A DNA stretch of 38,849 nucleotides from a candidate division WOR-3 bacterium (GTDB lineage Bacteria > Hydrothermota > Hydrothermia > B15-G9 > WFZT01): positions 1 through 38,849 of the forward strand of contig JALXCE010000308.1 of the NCBI GenBank assembly GCA_026991055.1, given 5' to 3'. This document shows positions 9,616-19,294 of the stretch, piece after piece. Made by a program: the position numbers and the translations under genes. Below the pieces are notes generated by a model. It searched no databases, was not told where the DNA came from, and worked only from the letters and a program-made list of their open reading frames with translations. The number at the start of each line of letters is the position of its first letter. The first letter of the stretch is position 1.

Positions 9616-10759
9616 CCTTCTCCTTTAAAATACGCAGTAGTATCCCTGCCATTGCGAAGTTAGCAAGCATGGCACTTCCTCCGTAGCTGATAAAAGGTAG
9701 TGGAACACCGGTTGCCGGAATGAAGCCAAGGGACGTGGAAATATTTACATAGGCATAAATCAGGTATGTAAACACAATCCCAAATGCCAGGGCAGTGTAG
9801 CCCATATCATCTACGAAATTTTTGATTTTTCGCACCACTATGAGGAAGAGGGCGAGGTAGATGATGAATACAGAAAATGCCCCCACGAATCCCATTTCCT
9901 CGCCGATTACGGCGTAAATAAAGTCTGTATCTGCCTGTTTGATAAGGTAAAAGAATTTCTGCTCGCTTTTTCCAATTCCCTGACCGAATAGGCCACCGTT
10001 TTTAATCGCCTCTCTTGCATAATAAACCTGAGAATTTTCTTTTACCTGCTGATGGCTGATGAAGCTGTAAAATCTTTTTCGGGCGTTCGTTGAAACGTGT
10101 ATTCCAACTATCAGCACGAGAACCACAATTAAGAGAAAGCCCAGAATATACCTAAGCCTGAGTCTGCCGATAAATAGCTGTACAGCGGCGATGGTGGTGA
10201 GAATTATACTCGTGGAAATATTGGGTTCAAATACTATGAGGGCCACATTGAGTAGCACAATACTTAGAGGAATGAGGAATGCCCTCTTGAAATTTTTCAT
10301 TTTTGTAAAGCCTTTGGCCACATATCCAGCGACAAAGATGATAATCACCAGTTTGGTAAATTCAGATACCTGAAAGTGGAAAGGCCCCAGGGGAATCCAT
10401 CTGTGATATTTCATCCCGTGGGTCATTGGGTAAACGAGAATTAGGAAGAAAAGAGAGAAGAGGAGTAGAGTGTACCTTGTCATTGGGGCAATAAGCCTGC
10501 GAGGACTTATGTTGTAGAAGATAAATCCAGTGAGTACACCGAGCAGAATTCTGATGATATGGGCAAGAAAGTATGAAAAATAACTCCGATTGGTGCCAAT
10601 TATTTTGAAGTACCCTGCACTCGGCGTAATTACAATTGAGAGAAAAACAAGAAGCCCGAGCAAAAACATAACCTGGTGGACAGTGCTGCTTCCACCCTTT
10701 TTGACCTCAACGGTTTCTACACTCTGCAAATCTTCAAATCTTAACTCTTCTGACTTCAT
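9602..10759 (-). CDS. ftsW: Peptidoglycan polymerase FtsW (SEDS family)
   Basis: This is a multi-TM protein ending in the SEDS signature GFIPATGVPLPFISYGGSAML. I place the start at ATG 10759, which is preceded by GGGGAGAG. The longer ORF to 10873 lies inside murD. Confidence 0.9.
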   Translation of the reverse strand: MKSEELRFEDLQSVETVEVKKGGSSTVHQVMFLLGLLVFLSIVITPSAGYFKIIGTNRSYFSYFLAHIIRILLGVLTGFIFYNISPRRLIAPMTRYTLLLFSLFFLILVYPMTHGMKYHRWIPLGPFHFQVSEFTKLVIIIFVAGYVAKGFTKMKNFKRAFLIPLSIVLLNVALIVFEPNISTSIILTTIAAVQLFIGRLRLRYILGFLLIVVLVLIVGIHVSTNARKRFYSFISHQQVKENSQVYYAREAIKNGGLFGQGIGKSEQKFFYLIKQADTDFIYAVIGEEMGFVGAFSVFIIYLALFLIVVRKIKNFVDDMGYTALAFGIVFTYLIYAYVNISTSLGFIPATGVPLPFISYGGSAMLANFAMAGILLRILKEKDEKA

Positions 10760-12068
10760 CCTGAAATCTCTCCCCTCTTTCTTTGTAATTTTTAAACATA
10801 TCAAAGCTCGATGTGCCGGGTGAGAAAAGTACAGTATCTCCGGCTTTGCCCCTCTTGAGGGCAATTTCAACAACCTCTCCCATGGATTGAGCTTTCTCTA
10901 TATCAACCACTCCCCGGAATGTTCTCTCAAGGGATGGTGTATTCTTTCCAAAAAGTATCAAGAGTTTAACCTTTTCGCTGACAGGTGGAATGAGTGGTGC
11001 ATAGTCGAGATATTTTTCCTCGCCTCCAAGAACAAGGATAATATTTCCTTTAAATGATTGAAGTGCCCACTTTACCGCGTGGGGATTTGTTGCCTTTGAA
11101 TCTTCGTAGAATTTGATTCCATTGATTTCCCTGACAAATTCAACCCGATGGGGCAGGGCAGTCATTGTCTTTAGGACTTCTCTTATTCTCTCAAATTTAC
11201 TCCCTGCAATTGATGCTGCAAGAGAGGCAGCAAGCGCATTGTAAATGTTGTGAACCCCCTTAAGCGCAAGCTCATCTGTGTGAATAAGCTCAACCTCTCT
11301 TTCATCTGCCCTGATAAATAGTTTGCCGCCCTTCAGGAAGGCGTCTACCTCCTCTTTTAGACTGAAAAACAGCACTCTTGATTTTGTCTTCTTGGCAAAA
11401 TCCCTTGTAATGGGATCATCATAATTCAGGATTAAAAAGTCGTCTTCCTTCTGATTTTCAAAAACCCTTGCCTTTGCGGCAATGTACTCATCGAGGTCCT
11501 CATGCCAGTCGAGGTGGTCCTGGTCGATGTTCAAAACAAGTGCGATTTTGGGTCTAAAATCGAGTATTGACATGAGCTGGAAGCTTGAAACTTCAGTCAC
11601 AAAGACCCCACGTTTGCCATGAAACTTTGAAAGAGGAGCGCCGATATTACCGGCCATAGTTGAATTCTCAATCATTTTTGAAAGCATTGTCACAACCGTG
11701 GATTTCCCGTTGGTGCCTGTAACGGCGATGATTTCGCCTTTCACAAATCTGAAGCCAAGCTCAAGCTCTCCCATTATTGGAATACCCGATTGCTTGATTC
11801 TTTCAATAAAAGGTTTGTGAACGTTGATGCCCGGGCTCAAAATGACGAGCTCAGAGCCAAAGACCTTATTTGTATGCCCCATCTCTTCAAATTCGACTCC
11901 GTGCCTTTTTAAGAAATCCTTCTTCCATTCGGCTATTTTCCCCGAATCTGATACGAAGATAGAGGGTGCACCTATAGATAAAAGCAACTCCACCGCCGCC
12001 ATCCCTGATGTGCCAGCTCCGAGCACTGCTATTTTTTTGCTTGTGATGCTTTCCTTTAATCCTCTCAT
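10734..12068 (-). CDS. murD: UDP-N-acetylmuramoylalanine--D-glutamate ligase
   Basis: The motifs VLGAGTSGMAA (Rossmann) and VTGTNGKSTVVTM are present. The start forms an ATGA overlap with the mraY stop. Confidence 0.95.
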   Translation of the reverse strand: MRGLKESITSKKIAVLGAGTSGMAAVELLLSIGAPSIFVSDSGKIAEWKKDFLKRHGVEFEEMGHTNKVFGSELVILSPGINVHKPFIERIKQSGIPIMGELELGFRFVKGEIIAVTGTNGKSTVVTMLSKMIENSTMAGNIGAPLSKFHGKRGVFVTEVSSFQLMSILDFRPKIALVLNIDQDHLDWHEDLDEYIAAKARVFENQKEDDFLILNYDDPITRDFAKKTKSRVLFFSLKEEVDAFLKGGKLFIRADEREVELIHTDELALKGVHNIYNALAASLAASIAGSKFERIREVLKTMTALPHRVEFVREINGIKFYEDSKATNPHAVKWALQSFKGNIILVLGGEEKYLDYAPLIPPVSEKVKLLILFGKNTPSLERTFRGVVDIEKAQSMGEVVEIALKRGKAGDTVLFSPGTSSFDMFKNYKERGERFQDEVRRVKI

Positions 12069-13153
12069 CTTATTTTCAGAGTTGAGATGGCAATCACTGC
12101 GAATATCGCAGAGATTATCCAGAATCTGACCACGATCTTATTTTCATTCCATCCAAGAAGTTCAAAGTGATGATGAATGGGAGAGCGAAGGAATACCCTC
12201 TTCCCGCCTGTGAACCTGAAGTATAAAACCTGGATAATCACAGAAAGTGCTTCGATAACGAAAAGGAAACCGGCAACTGCCAGCAAGAATTCTTGCTTGG
12301 TCAGGATTGAGACAATACCGAGGGCGCCTCCAATAGCCTGTGAACCTGTATCACCCATAAACACGTCTGCAGGATGGGCATTGAACCAGAGAAAGCCGAG
12401 CAATGCTCCCATGAAGGCGCCAACAAATATGGAAAGTTCCCCGGCTCCTTTGAAGTAAAGCAGGTGGAGATAGCTGGAGAGAATTTTATTCCCTGTTATG
12501 TAAGCAACGACGAGGAAAACGCCGAAGGTGGGAATGGAAGCGCCGGCAGCAAGGCCATCAAGCCCATCTGTAAGATTTACGGCGTTTGTTGCTCCAATAA
12601 AAACAAGAAGGACAAAAAGCAGGTAAAAGATTTTGAAATCAATTAGGAAATTTTTAAAGAACAGGAATTGAGTCTTAGTTCGAATCCCGTCTGGGAAGAT
12701 TCTATAAATCATGAAAAGAACAAACAGGGATAATACCACGTGGCCTGCAATCTTGGCCCAGGCAGAAAGGCCGCGCCGGCTACCGACTCCCTTGAGCTTT
12801 GCAAGGTCATCTACGAGGCCGAAAATCGCAAGATAAACGGTAACAATCAAGGCAGTGTAGATGTAAAGATTTTTGAGATTTGCCCAGAGAAGGGTGGCTA
12901 TAACCACTGAAAGTACAAAGACTATGCCACCCCCGGTGGGGGTTCCCTCCTTTCTCCTGTGTGTTTCAGGTGCGTACTCGTTTATCTTTTCTCCAATGCC
13001 TGCAGACCGAATTTTGTTTATAAAAATAGGCAAAAAGATCATGGTTAGAACAAAAGATGTGACAGATGCATACATGGTGCGAAAAGTAATGTACCGAAAC
13101 AGATTGAAAATGATCGAGTATTTTGCAAGCGGATAAAATATGTGGTAAAACAT
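12065..13153 (-). CDS. mraY: Phospho-N-acetylmuramoyl-pentapeptide transferase
   Basis: This polytopic membrane protein carries the GATNAVNLTDGLDGLAAG motif. The ATG at 13153 lies 6 nt after GAGGAG. A GTG at 13156 is an alternative start. Confidence 0.95.
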   Translation of the reverse strand: MFYHIFYPLAKYSIIFNLFRYITFRTMYASVTSFVLTMIFLPIFINKIRSAGIGEKINEYAPETHRRKEGTPTGGGIVFVLSVVIATLLWANLKNLYIYTALIVTVYLAIFGLVDDLAKLKGVGSRRGLSAWAKIAGHVVLSLFVLFMIYRIFPDGIRTKTQFLFFKNFLIDFKIFYLLFVLLVFIGATNAVNLTDGLDGLAAGASIPTFGVFLVVAYITGNKILSSYLHLLYFKGAGELSIFVGAFMGALLGFLWFNAHPADVFMGDTGSQAIGGALGIVSILTKQEFLLAVAGFLFVIEALSVIIQVLYFRFTGGKRVFLRSPIHHHFELLGWNENKIVVRFWIISAIFAVIAISTLKIR

Positions 13154-14496
13154 CACTCACTCCTCAGTTTTTCAATTATTTTTTCGAGCTGAATAGCCCT
13201 TGAGGCCTTGAGCGCTATAAAGATTTCTTCATCTTCTGTCCGGGATATCGTAAGGGCAGCTTCTTCCGGAGTTTCAAAGTGGAGATTTAGCTCAATTCCA
13301 TTTACCTGCTCACCTATGGCAGCGGACGCTCTCCCGACTGTGATCAGTTTTTTAAATCCTAACTCCTGAACGATTTTACCAATCTCCCTGTGATAGTACT
13401 CCTCATATTCACCCAGCTCAAGCATATCACCGAGGACAAGAAGGACACTATCTCTGAAGGGCTTTAGAGTCATAAGAAAATCCCTCATAGAATCCGGATT
13501 GGCGTTGTATGCATCATTTAAAATCCTGTAACGGCCCACCTTCTGGACCTCTTTTCTCATACTTACGCCCTTAAACTCTTCCAGTCCTTCAAGAACCCTA
13601 TCCTCAGGGACGCCAAGAATGCTGGCTATGGCAAGGGAAAAGAGTGCACCGTAGACTGTTCCCATACCACCGGGATGTAGGGTCAGCTCATACCTGTCGT
13701 TTAAAACCACTCTATTCTCGTTGAAATCCATGTATTTGATCTCTGCATAAAAATCCGCTTCCTTCGACATTGTTGAAACCGTGATCATTTTTTCAAGATT
13801 GCCTGAGATTTCCTCAAAATAGGGGATATCCATGTTTATGACAGCGATCCTCTCTCCTTCGAGAAAGTCAAACAGACGACTCTTCTCCGTGGCGACATTT
13901 CTTACATTTCCGAAAAATGCAAGGTGCGATGGACCAATGGAAGTAAGTACGCCAATATGCGGCCTCACGATTTTAGAAAGATATTCAATCTCACCTGGAT
14001 GGTTGGTCCCAATCTCACTTATGAGAATTTCTGTATCCTGCTCCGCTGACAGGATAGTAAGGGGCACCCCTATGTAATTGTTGTAACTTTTTCTGTTTCT
14101 TACGACCCTGAAACTGCCTTTTAGGGCGAAGTACAGCATCTCTTTTGTTGTGGTTTTCCCGGTGGAGCCGGTTACGGCTATGACTTTTGTGTTATTAAGA
14201 TTTGACCTGTGGAATGAGGCGAGTCTGCCGAGAGCCTGAACAGTGTCATCTACTTTTATCAGATTACCCTTGATATCACCTGTGAAACCTTCACTTACCA
14301 CCGCGGCTACAGCACCTTTGCTGATGGCGTTTAAAACGAAGTCCTCGCCGTTGAACCTCTCACCCCTTATGGCAAAGAAAATATCACCGCTTTGCACCTC
14401 TCGTGAGTCGGTTGTTACTCCCAGTGCAAGAGCTTCACTATCTCCTCTGAGTTTGCCTTTAATGGCTTTTGCGATTTCTCCGAGTGTGTATTTCAT
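13153..14496 (-). CDS. murF: UDP-MurNAc-tripeptide--D-alanyl-D-alanine ligase
   Basis: The motif AVTGSTGKTTTKEML is present within a Mur-ligase architecture. The start forms an ATGA overlap with murE. Confidence 0.95.
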   Translation of the reverse strand: MKYTLGEIAKAIKGKLRGDSEALALGVTTDSREVQSGDIFFAIRGERFNGEDFVLNAISKGAVAAVVSEGFTGDIKGNLIKVDDTVQALGRLASFHRSNLNNTKVIAVTGSTGKTTTKEMLYFALKGSFRVVRNRKSYNNYIGVPLTILSAEQDTEILISEIGTNHPGEIEYLSKIVRPHIGVLTSIGPSHLAFFGNVRNVATEKSRLFDFLEGERIAVINMDIPYFEEISGNLEKMITVSTMSKEADFYAEIKYMDFNENRVVLNDRYELTLHPGGMGTVYGALFSLAIASILGVPEDRVLEGLEEFKGVSMRKEVQKVGRYRILNDAYNANPDSMRDFLMTLKPFRDSVLLVLGDMLELGEYEEYYHREIGKIVQELGFKKLITVGRASAAIGEQVNGIELNLHFETPEEAALTISRTEDEEIFIALKASRAIQLEKIIEKLRSE

Positions 14497-15950
14497 AGGC
14501 TCAAAACCACCTCTCTGTCGCTAAAATGGAGCTTTTTACCAGCTATCTCCTGATACTCCTCATGTCCTTTACCGGCAATCAAGATTGTGTCGCCGGGTTT
14601 TGAAATCTCGTAGGCCTTTTTTATAGCCTTCTCTCTCGCGATTTCAATGATGTAATTTTCACCCGATATACCCTTTTCGATGTCTTTTATTATGCTCTCG
14701 GGGTCTTCGCTTCGGGGATTGTCAGATGTAAGTATTATAAAGTCTGCATACCTCGAGGCGACAGCCCCCATTAAAGGGCGTTTCTCCTTCTCCCGGTCAC
14801 CGCCGGCTCCAAAGACAACAATCAATCTCCCCTCAGTCAGCTCTTTAAGGGTTTTTGATACCTGTTTCAGTGCCTCTGGTGTGTGAGCGTAATCAATAAA
14901 AATATTTATACCATTTTTCTCAATCCTCTCGAGTCTGCCGGGTATTGAATTAATTTTCTCAATTGCATCCAAGATTTCCAACGGTGAGAAGCCATAGGCA
15001 TAAACCGCTGCAAATGCAGCGAGAATATTGTAAATGTTATGCTTTCCGATCAATTTCGTGTGAGCTGGAATTGAATTTCCGTTCCACCGGATGGTGAATG
15101 TAGAGCCTGTTACTGAGAGCTTTAAGTTTTCCGCATTGAAATAGGGGAAATCGTATTCCCCCTTTGGAGTTTCTATACCATAAGTTACCAGCCTTTCCCC
15201 ATCTGATTCGAGGAAAATTTTCATAAAATCTTTACTGTGCGGGTCGTCAATGTTGACAATAGCCTTTGCATTTTGCCTGGCAGCCAATTTAAAAAATTCA
15301 AGTTTGGCGTTTTTGTAATTTTCAAAGGTTCCGTGATACTCGAGATGCTCGTGCGAGAGATTGGTGAAAATAGCGTCGCTGAATCTAATTTCAAGAACTC
15401 TTTTCTCGCATACACTTGCGGATGAGACCTCCATGACGAAGAAGTCCCCACCTCTATCTACAACCTCTCGCATAAACCTCTGGATATCTGCTGATTCAGG
15501 CGTGGTCCTTTCACCCTTGATGATTTCACCTGCGATATCATAGTAAATTGTGCCAAGCATTCCTGTTTTATGCCCGAGGGCTTTCAGAATGCTGTTGATA
15601 ATAAATGCAACTGTCGATTTCCCGTTTGTTCCGGTGATACCAATAACATTGAGCCTTTCTGACGGGTGCCCGTAGAAGTGTGCTGAGATTGAGGCCATGG
15701 ATGTTCTCGTATCTTTTACAAGCAAGAGAGGAATCTTTACATTCAAGGGTTTTGAGACAACAGCGCCCACAGCTCCTTTAGATATGGCATCGTTTATAAA
15801 AGCATGTCCATCGAAGTTTCTTCCTACGAGTGCGATAAAGAGGTCGCCTTTTGTAACTTTCCTCGAGTCGTAGGCAATGCCAGTGAACTCCGGATCACCG
15901 AGCTGGATGTTCAGGAGTTTACCAAATTTCGCCAGTTCGCTCATTCTCAT
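14493..15950 (-). CDS. murE: UDP-MurNAc-L-Ala-D-Glu--2,6-diaminopimelate (or Lys) ligase
   Basis: The motifs GITGTNGKSTVAFI and TSDNPRSEDP are present. The gene lies between ftsI and murF. Confidence 0.95.
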   Translation of the reverse strand: MRMSELAKFGKLLNIQLGDPEFTGIAYDSRKVTKGDLFIALVGRNFDGHAFINDAISKGAVGAVVSKPLNVKIPLLLVKDTRTSMASISAHFYGHPSERLNVIGITGTNGKSTVAFIINSILKALGHKTGMLGTIYYDIAGEIIKGERTTPESADIQRFMREVVDRGGDFFVMEVSSASVCEKRVLEIRFSDAIFTNLSHEHLEYHGTFENYKNAKLEFFKLAARQNAKAIVNIDDPHSKDFMKIFLESDGERLVTYGIETPKGEYDFPYFNAENLKLSVTGSTFTIRWNGNSIPAHTKLIGKHNIYNILAAFAAVYAYGFSPLEILDAIEKINSIPGRLERIEKNGINIFIDYAHTPEALKQVSKTLKELTEGRLIVVFGAGGDREKEKRPLMGAVASRYADFIILTSDNPRSEDPESIIKDIEKGISGENYIIEIAREKAIKKAYEISKPGDTILIAGKGHEEYQEIAGKKLHFSDREVVLSL

Positions 15951-15951
15951 G

Positions 15952-17628
15952 TCAGAATTCCAGGGTCATGATGCTTTTTGCTACTTCTTTGAAAATAGGA
16001 GCAGCCACTGTTCCACCGTATGCTTCGATGCCCTTTTTATGTGGCTCGTCAACCACAACGTAAATCAGGTATTTGGGAGAATGGGCAGGGAAGAAGCCCA
16101 CGAATGACACGATCCTTGTTCTGGTATTGTATCTCTTTGTTCTCGGGTCCAGTTTGTTTGCTGTTCCCGTCTTACCTGCTATCTCGAGACTGTCGATTCT
16201 TGCAAGTCTACCTGTGCCCCTCTCAACCACTTTTGTGAGTATATCTGTCAATTTTCTTGTCGTTTCCTTGCTAAAGAGGATTTTCCCATATCGAGGGGCA
16301 AAGGTTTTTGTACTGTCGTGGCAATCAATCATTTTGACGATTCTTGGATAAACAATCTTTCCTCCATTGGCAATAGCTCCGTAAATAGTGACAATATGGA
16401 GGGAGTTTAGGAGGAATCCGTAACCAATGACCACATTGGCAAACCTCGAACGGTTCCACTTTATGTAGGAAGTTATATGCCCGGGATTCTCGCCCGGGAG
16501 CTCCACGCCGGTTTTCTCCCCGATTCCTGCTCTTTTGATTGAGTTGTAAATCTTTCTTTTGCCAAGCATAAAAGCCAGTTTTATGGTCCCTACGTTGGAT
16601 GAGTGTATGAGTGCCTCCTCCATGGGGATTCTACCCAGTGGATGTACATCAGAGATGGTGTATTTGTCCACCCTTATTTTTCCATGATCAGTGTCTATCA
16701 TGAGTTTCGGGGAGATTCCATTTTCGAGGGCGGTGCCGTAGGTGATTGCCTTGAAGATTGAGCCTGGCTCGTAAGGATCAGTAATTGGCCACACTTTTCT
16801 GAGATAGGCTGGGGTTTTTGAATATTTCGCAGGGTTATAGGATGGATAGATGGCAAATGCAAGAATTTCACCTGTGTGAGGATTTTCAATGATCACGGCC
16901 CCTCTTTTTGCGTGCCAATCAGTGACACCCTCTTTCAAGGCTTCGTATGCAATGGTCTGAAATCTCTGGTCAATGGTAAGTGTGAGGTCACATCCGCGCT
17001 CTGGTCTCAGGATTGTAGAATCTGGAAAGGGCAGTTTCATGAGATTTAAGCCTGTGCTGTCCCGTTTATTTACAATGAGATAGGCAATTTTCCCGGTCTT
17101 TCCTTTAAGATATGAGTCAAAGAGGAATTCAAGGCCCCCAAGGCCTGAATTGCTTGACCTCTGGACAAAGCCAATAATGGGTTCGAAGATGTAAGGAAGG
17201 TTATAATACCTGAACCAGGCCTTTCGAAAGGTCAGGCCCTTTATCTGGTAAATAGAATCTTTGAGTGCTGCAGGGATATTTGTTGCAACGGTCAAAAGCC
17301 TTGGAGTTTTTTGCCAGAAATTGGGATCATTATTTATTTTGAATCCATGTTTTCTTAAGAAGGGGACATATTCCTGTGGAACAGGTCCGCGCTGATAGAC
17401 GTTGTAGCCCAGCAGATTGGTTGCTATTTTAAAGCCTGTTCTATCCCTGATTTCCCCCCGCTGGGCTGGGATCTTCTGGATGAATATGTGTCTTTTTACA
17501 GGTGACTTGTTAAAAATCTCAAACTTAGCGAGAAAGTACAGAATTACTCCCGCGTAAACGATTACCAGAAAGGTGACCAGGCCCGCCCGGAATTTGTAGG
17601 AGCTTATGTCCTCTTGGTTTATACCCAT
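15952..17628 (-). CDS. ftsI: Class B penicillin-binding protein / septal transpeptidase
   Basis: The protein has an N-terminal TM helix followed by the SxxK (GSIFK), SxN (HSSNV) and KTG(T) (GKTGTA) motifs in the correct order. The gene is in the dcw position. Confidence 0.9.
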   Translation of the reverse strand: MGINQEDISSYKFRAGLVTFLVIVYAGVILYFLAKFEIFNKSPVKRHIFIQKIPAQRGEIRDRTGFKIATNLLGYNVYQRGPVPQEYVPFLRKHGFKINNDPNFWQKTPRLLTVATNIPAALKDSIYQIKGLTFRKAWFRYYNLPYIFEPIIGFVQRSSNSGLGGLEFLFDSYLKGKTGKIAYLIVNKRDSTGLNLMKLPFPDSTILRPERGCDLTLTIDQRFQTIAYEALKEGVTDWHAKRGAVIIENPHTGEILAFAIYPSYNPAKYSKTPAYLRKVWPITDPYEPGSIFKAITYGTALENGISPKLMIDTDHGKIRVDKYTISDVHPLGRIPMEEALIHSSNVGTIKLAFMLGKRKIYNSIKRAGIGEKTGVELPGENPGHITSYIKWNRSRFANVVIGYGFLLNSLHIVTIYGAIANGGKIVYPRIVKMIDCHDSTKTFAPRYGKILFSKETTRKLTDILTKVVERGTGRLARIDSLEIAGKTGTANKLDPRTKRYNTRTRIVSFVGFFPAHSPKYLIYVVVDEPHKKGIEAYGGTVAAPIFKEVAKSIMTLEF

Positions 17629-17833
17629 GCCTCAAAGCTTCCCTTTTTATGTTTTTAAAACTTCTCAACCTTGAAATGACATTGTTCAGGCTGTCAATCT
17701 CAGCCCTCTCACTGGCGAGCTTTGAATTAACGATATTCAGTCTCTTAGCGTTTTCCCATTGCTGCGGCGACGCCAGACCTATTGAAATAAATATGGTCCC
17801 AATTAAGATTGACGTAATGATAAATATCCTCAT
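17525..17833 (-). CDS. ftsL: FtsL-like small bitopic division protein
   Basis: The 102-aa protein has an N-terminal TM helix (IFIITSILIGTIFISIGL), a coiled-coil-like stretch, and then IKREALRHGYKP, which resembles the FtsL C-terminal motif. A GGGGGA SD lies 8 nt upstream. The gene sits in the rsmH-ftsI slot. Confidence 0.6.
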   Translation of the reverse strand: MRIFIITSILIGTIFISIGLASPQQWENAKRLNIVNSKLASERAEIDSLNNVISRLRSFKNIKREALRHGYKPRGHKLLQIPGGPGHLSGNRLRGSNSVLSR

Positions 17834-18731
17834 CGTTTAATTCCCCCGTTTTTTTATAGGCCCTTAACTTTGCACTCCTTGCACGTGGATTTGTGGCAAT
17901 CTCTCTCGGGGTGGGTACCATGGGTTTCTTTAAAAGAGGTTCCACACCCCTCAGTTTTTTAAGCTGCTTCGCCAGTCTGTCCTCGAGAGAGTGGTATGAG
18001 ATAACGACCATCCGGCCTTCCGGGGCGAGGATTTTCAGCCCTTCTGTGAGGCCGGTGGCGATGGATTCAAGCTCTTTATTCACCTGAATCCTCAGTGCCT
18101 GATAAACCTGCGCAAGCAGGCGTTTCTTAAGTTTGTTGTTCCTTCTATAAATTCCCGGCACGGATTTGAGGACAATATCGTTAAGTACAGCAGTGGTGCT
18201 GATTCTTTTGCCCTTTCTATATCTAACAATATTCTCGGCTATGGAATGGGCAAACCTGATCTCACCGTATTCTCTGAAGATACGGGTGAGCTGCTCTTTG
18301 CTTAATCTATTTATGTAATGATCGGCCGGCAACCCTTCTTCCGGGTCAAACCTCATGTCGAGGTACTCATTCTGCTGGAAAGAAAAGCCTCTGCCGGAGT
18401 TTTCAAGCAAGAAGGAAGAAATTCCGAGATCAAAGAGGACAGAGTTCACCTTTCCCTTGATTCCCAGGAATTCGGTGATTTCAGTAAGTTTTGTATAAGA
18501 ACTGTGGATAAACACAACCCCGTCGGCATCTATTCGTTCCCTTGCATATCTCAGGGAATCGAGGTCCTTTTCTACGGCGACAACTATGCCGTCGGGCTTG
18601 ACCATCTCCCAGATGGCCTTTGTGTGGCCTCCGAGGCCCGATGTGGCATCAACCACAATGTCTCCGGGCCTGAGAGCCATGAATCTGAGCACCTCGTCAA
18701 CCATTACCGGCCTGTGTATTGCTTTCTCCAT
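17745..18731 (-). CDS. rsmH: 16S rRNA (cytosine1402-N4)-methyltransferase
   Basis: The motifs HRPVMVDEVL, DATSGLGGHT, FDLGISS, SYHSLEDR and NPRARSAKLR are present. A GGAGG SD lies 5 nt upstream. Confidence 0.95.
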   Translation of the reverse strand: MEKAIHRPVMVDEVLRFMALRPGDIVVDATSGLGGHTKAIWEMVKPDGIVVAVEKDLDSLRYARERIDADGVVFIHSSYTKLTEITEFLGIKGKVNSVLFDLGISSFLLENSGRGFSFQQNEYLDMRFDPEEGLPADHYINRLSKEQLTRIFREYGEIRFAHSIAENIVRYRKGKRISTTAVLNDIVLKSVPGIYRRNNKLKKRLLAQVYQALRIQVNKELESIATGLTEGLKILAPEGRMVVISYHSLEDRLAKQLKKLRGVEPLLKKPMVPTPREIATNPRARSAKLRAYKKTGELNDEDIYHYVNLNWDHIYFNRSGVAAAMGKR

Positions 18732-19203
18732 TTCTTCCTCCTAAAAGGTCTGAAATTTTTAACCCTTTTTCTTTGATCAATTGCCTGATTCTTTCCTCCT
18801 CCTGTGCCCATGTATCAGCATCCCAGATTTCAACCATATCGGGCAGTTTGATGAAAATTACGTCTTTTTTTAATCCGGCATATTCGATGAAATTGCCGGA
18901 GAGAAGAATTCTTCCCATCTCATCTATGTCCTGGTAATCAATGTCTCCGATGAGCACTCTCAGAACGTCCATGTTTAACTCATCGAACCCTTCAATGGAT
19001 TTACTAAAACGTGCCTCTTTCTCTTTCCATTTGTCCTCCCTGAAAATGGTGAGGCATTTTTTCTCATTGAATCCTCTTAAAATAACGACTGAACCGCCTT
19101 TTTCAACCCCCAGGTGCTTTCTAATTGAGCGGGGCAAGGAAACCCTTCCCCTCGAGTCGAGGCGGGCTTTAGAATTATGTCTGCCGTTTTGTACTCTGGC
19201 CAT
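18697..19203 (-). CDS. mraZ: Transcriptional regulator MraZ
   Basis: Two SpoVT/AbrB-like halves each carry the D..GR motif (DSRGRVSLP and DEMGRILLS). This is the first gene of the dcw cluster. Confidence 0.9.
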   Translation of the reverse strand: MARVQNGRHNSKARLDSRGRVSLPRSIRKHLGVEKGGSVVILRGFNEKKCLTIFREDKWKEKEARFSKSIEGFDELNMDVLRVLIGDIDYQDIDEMGRILLSGNFIEYAGLKKDVIFIKLPDMVEIWDADTWAQEEERIRQLIKEKGLKISDLLGGRNGESNTQAGNG

Positions 19204-19276
19204 TTTTTTACCTTTTGGCCGCTTCGATTTGCGGCTCGGTCAGTTTATGACAATTTTTAACATCTTTTTCCATTTA

Positions 19277-19294
19277 ATGGGAAATTATGGGAAA
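19277..19294. promoter_or_regulatory. Candidate MraZ operator: two ATGGGAAA boxes with 10-nt phasing
   Basis: The sequence is ATGGGAAAttATGGGAAA, which reads as TGGGA-N5-TGGGA. It lies 74-91 nt upstream of the mraZ ATG in the mraZ / EndoIII-like divergent intergenic region. Confidence 0.35.

Noticed and set aside
19216-19232. TGGCCGCTTCGATTTGC resembles a sigma-54 -24/-12 element. This seemed relevant because a sigma-54 activator is encoded in the window.
   Set aside because: The distance from the GG to the GC is 13 nt instead of the near-invariant 11 nt. The same bases are better explained as a small GCCGC/GCGGC hairpin in the mraZ leader.
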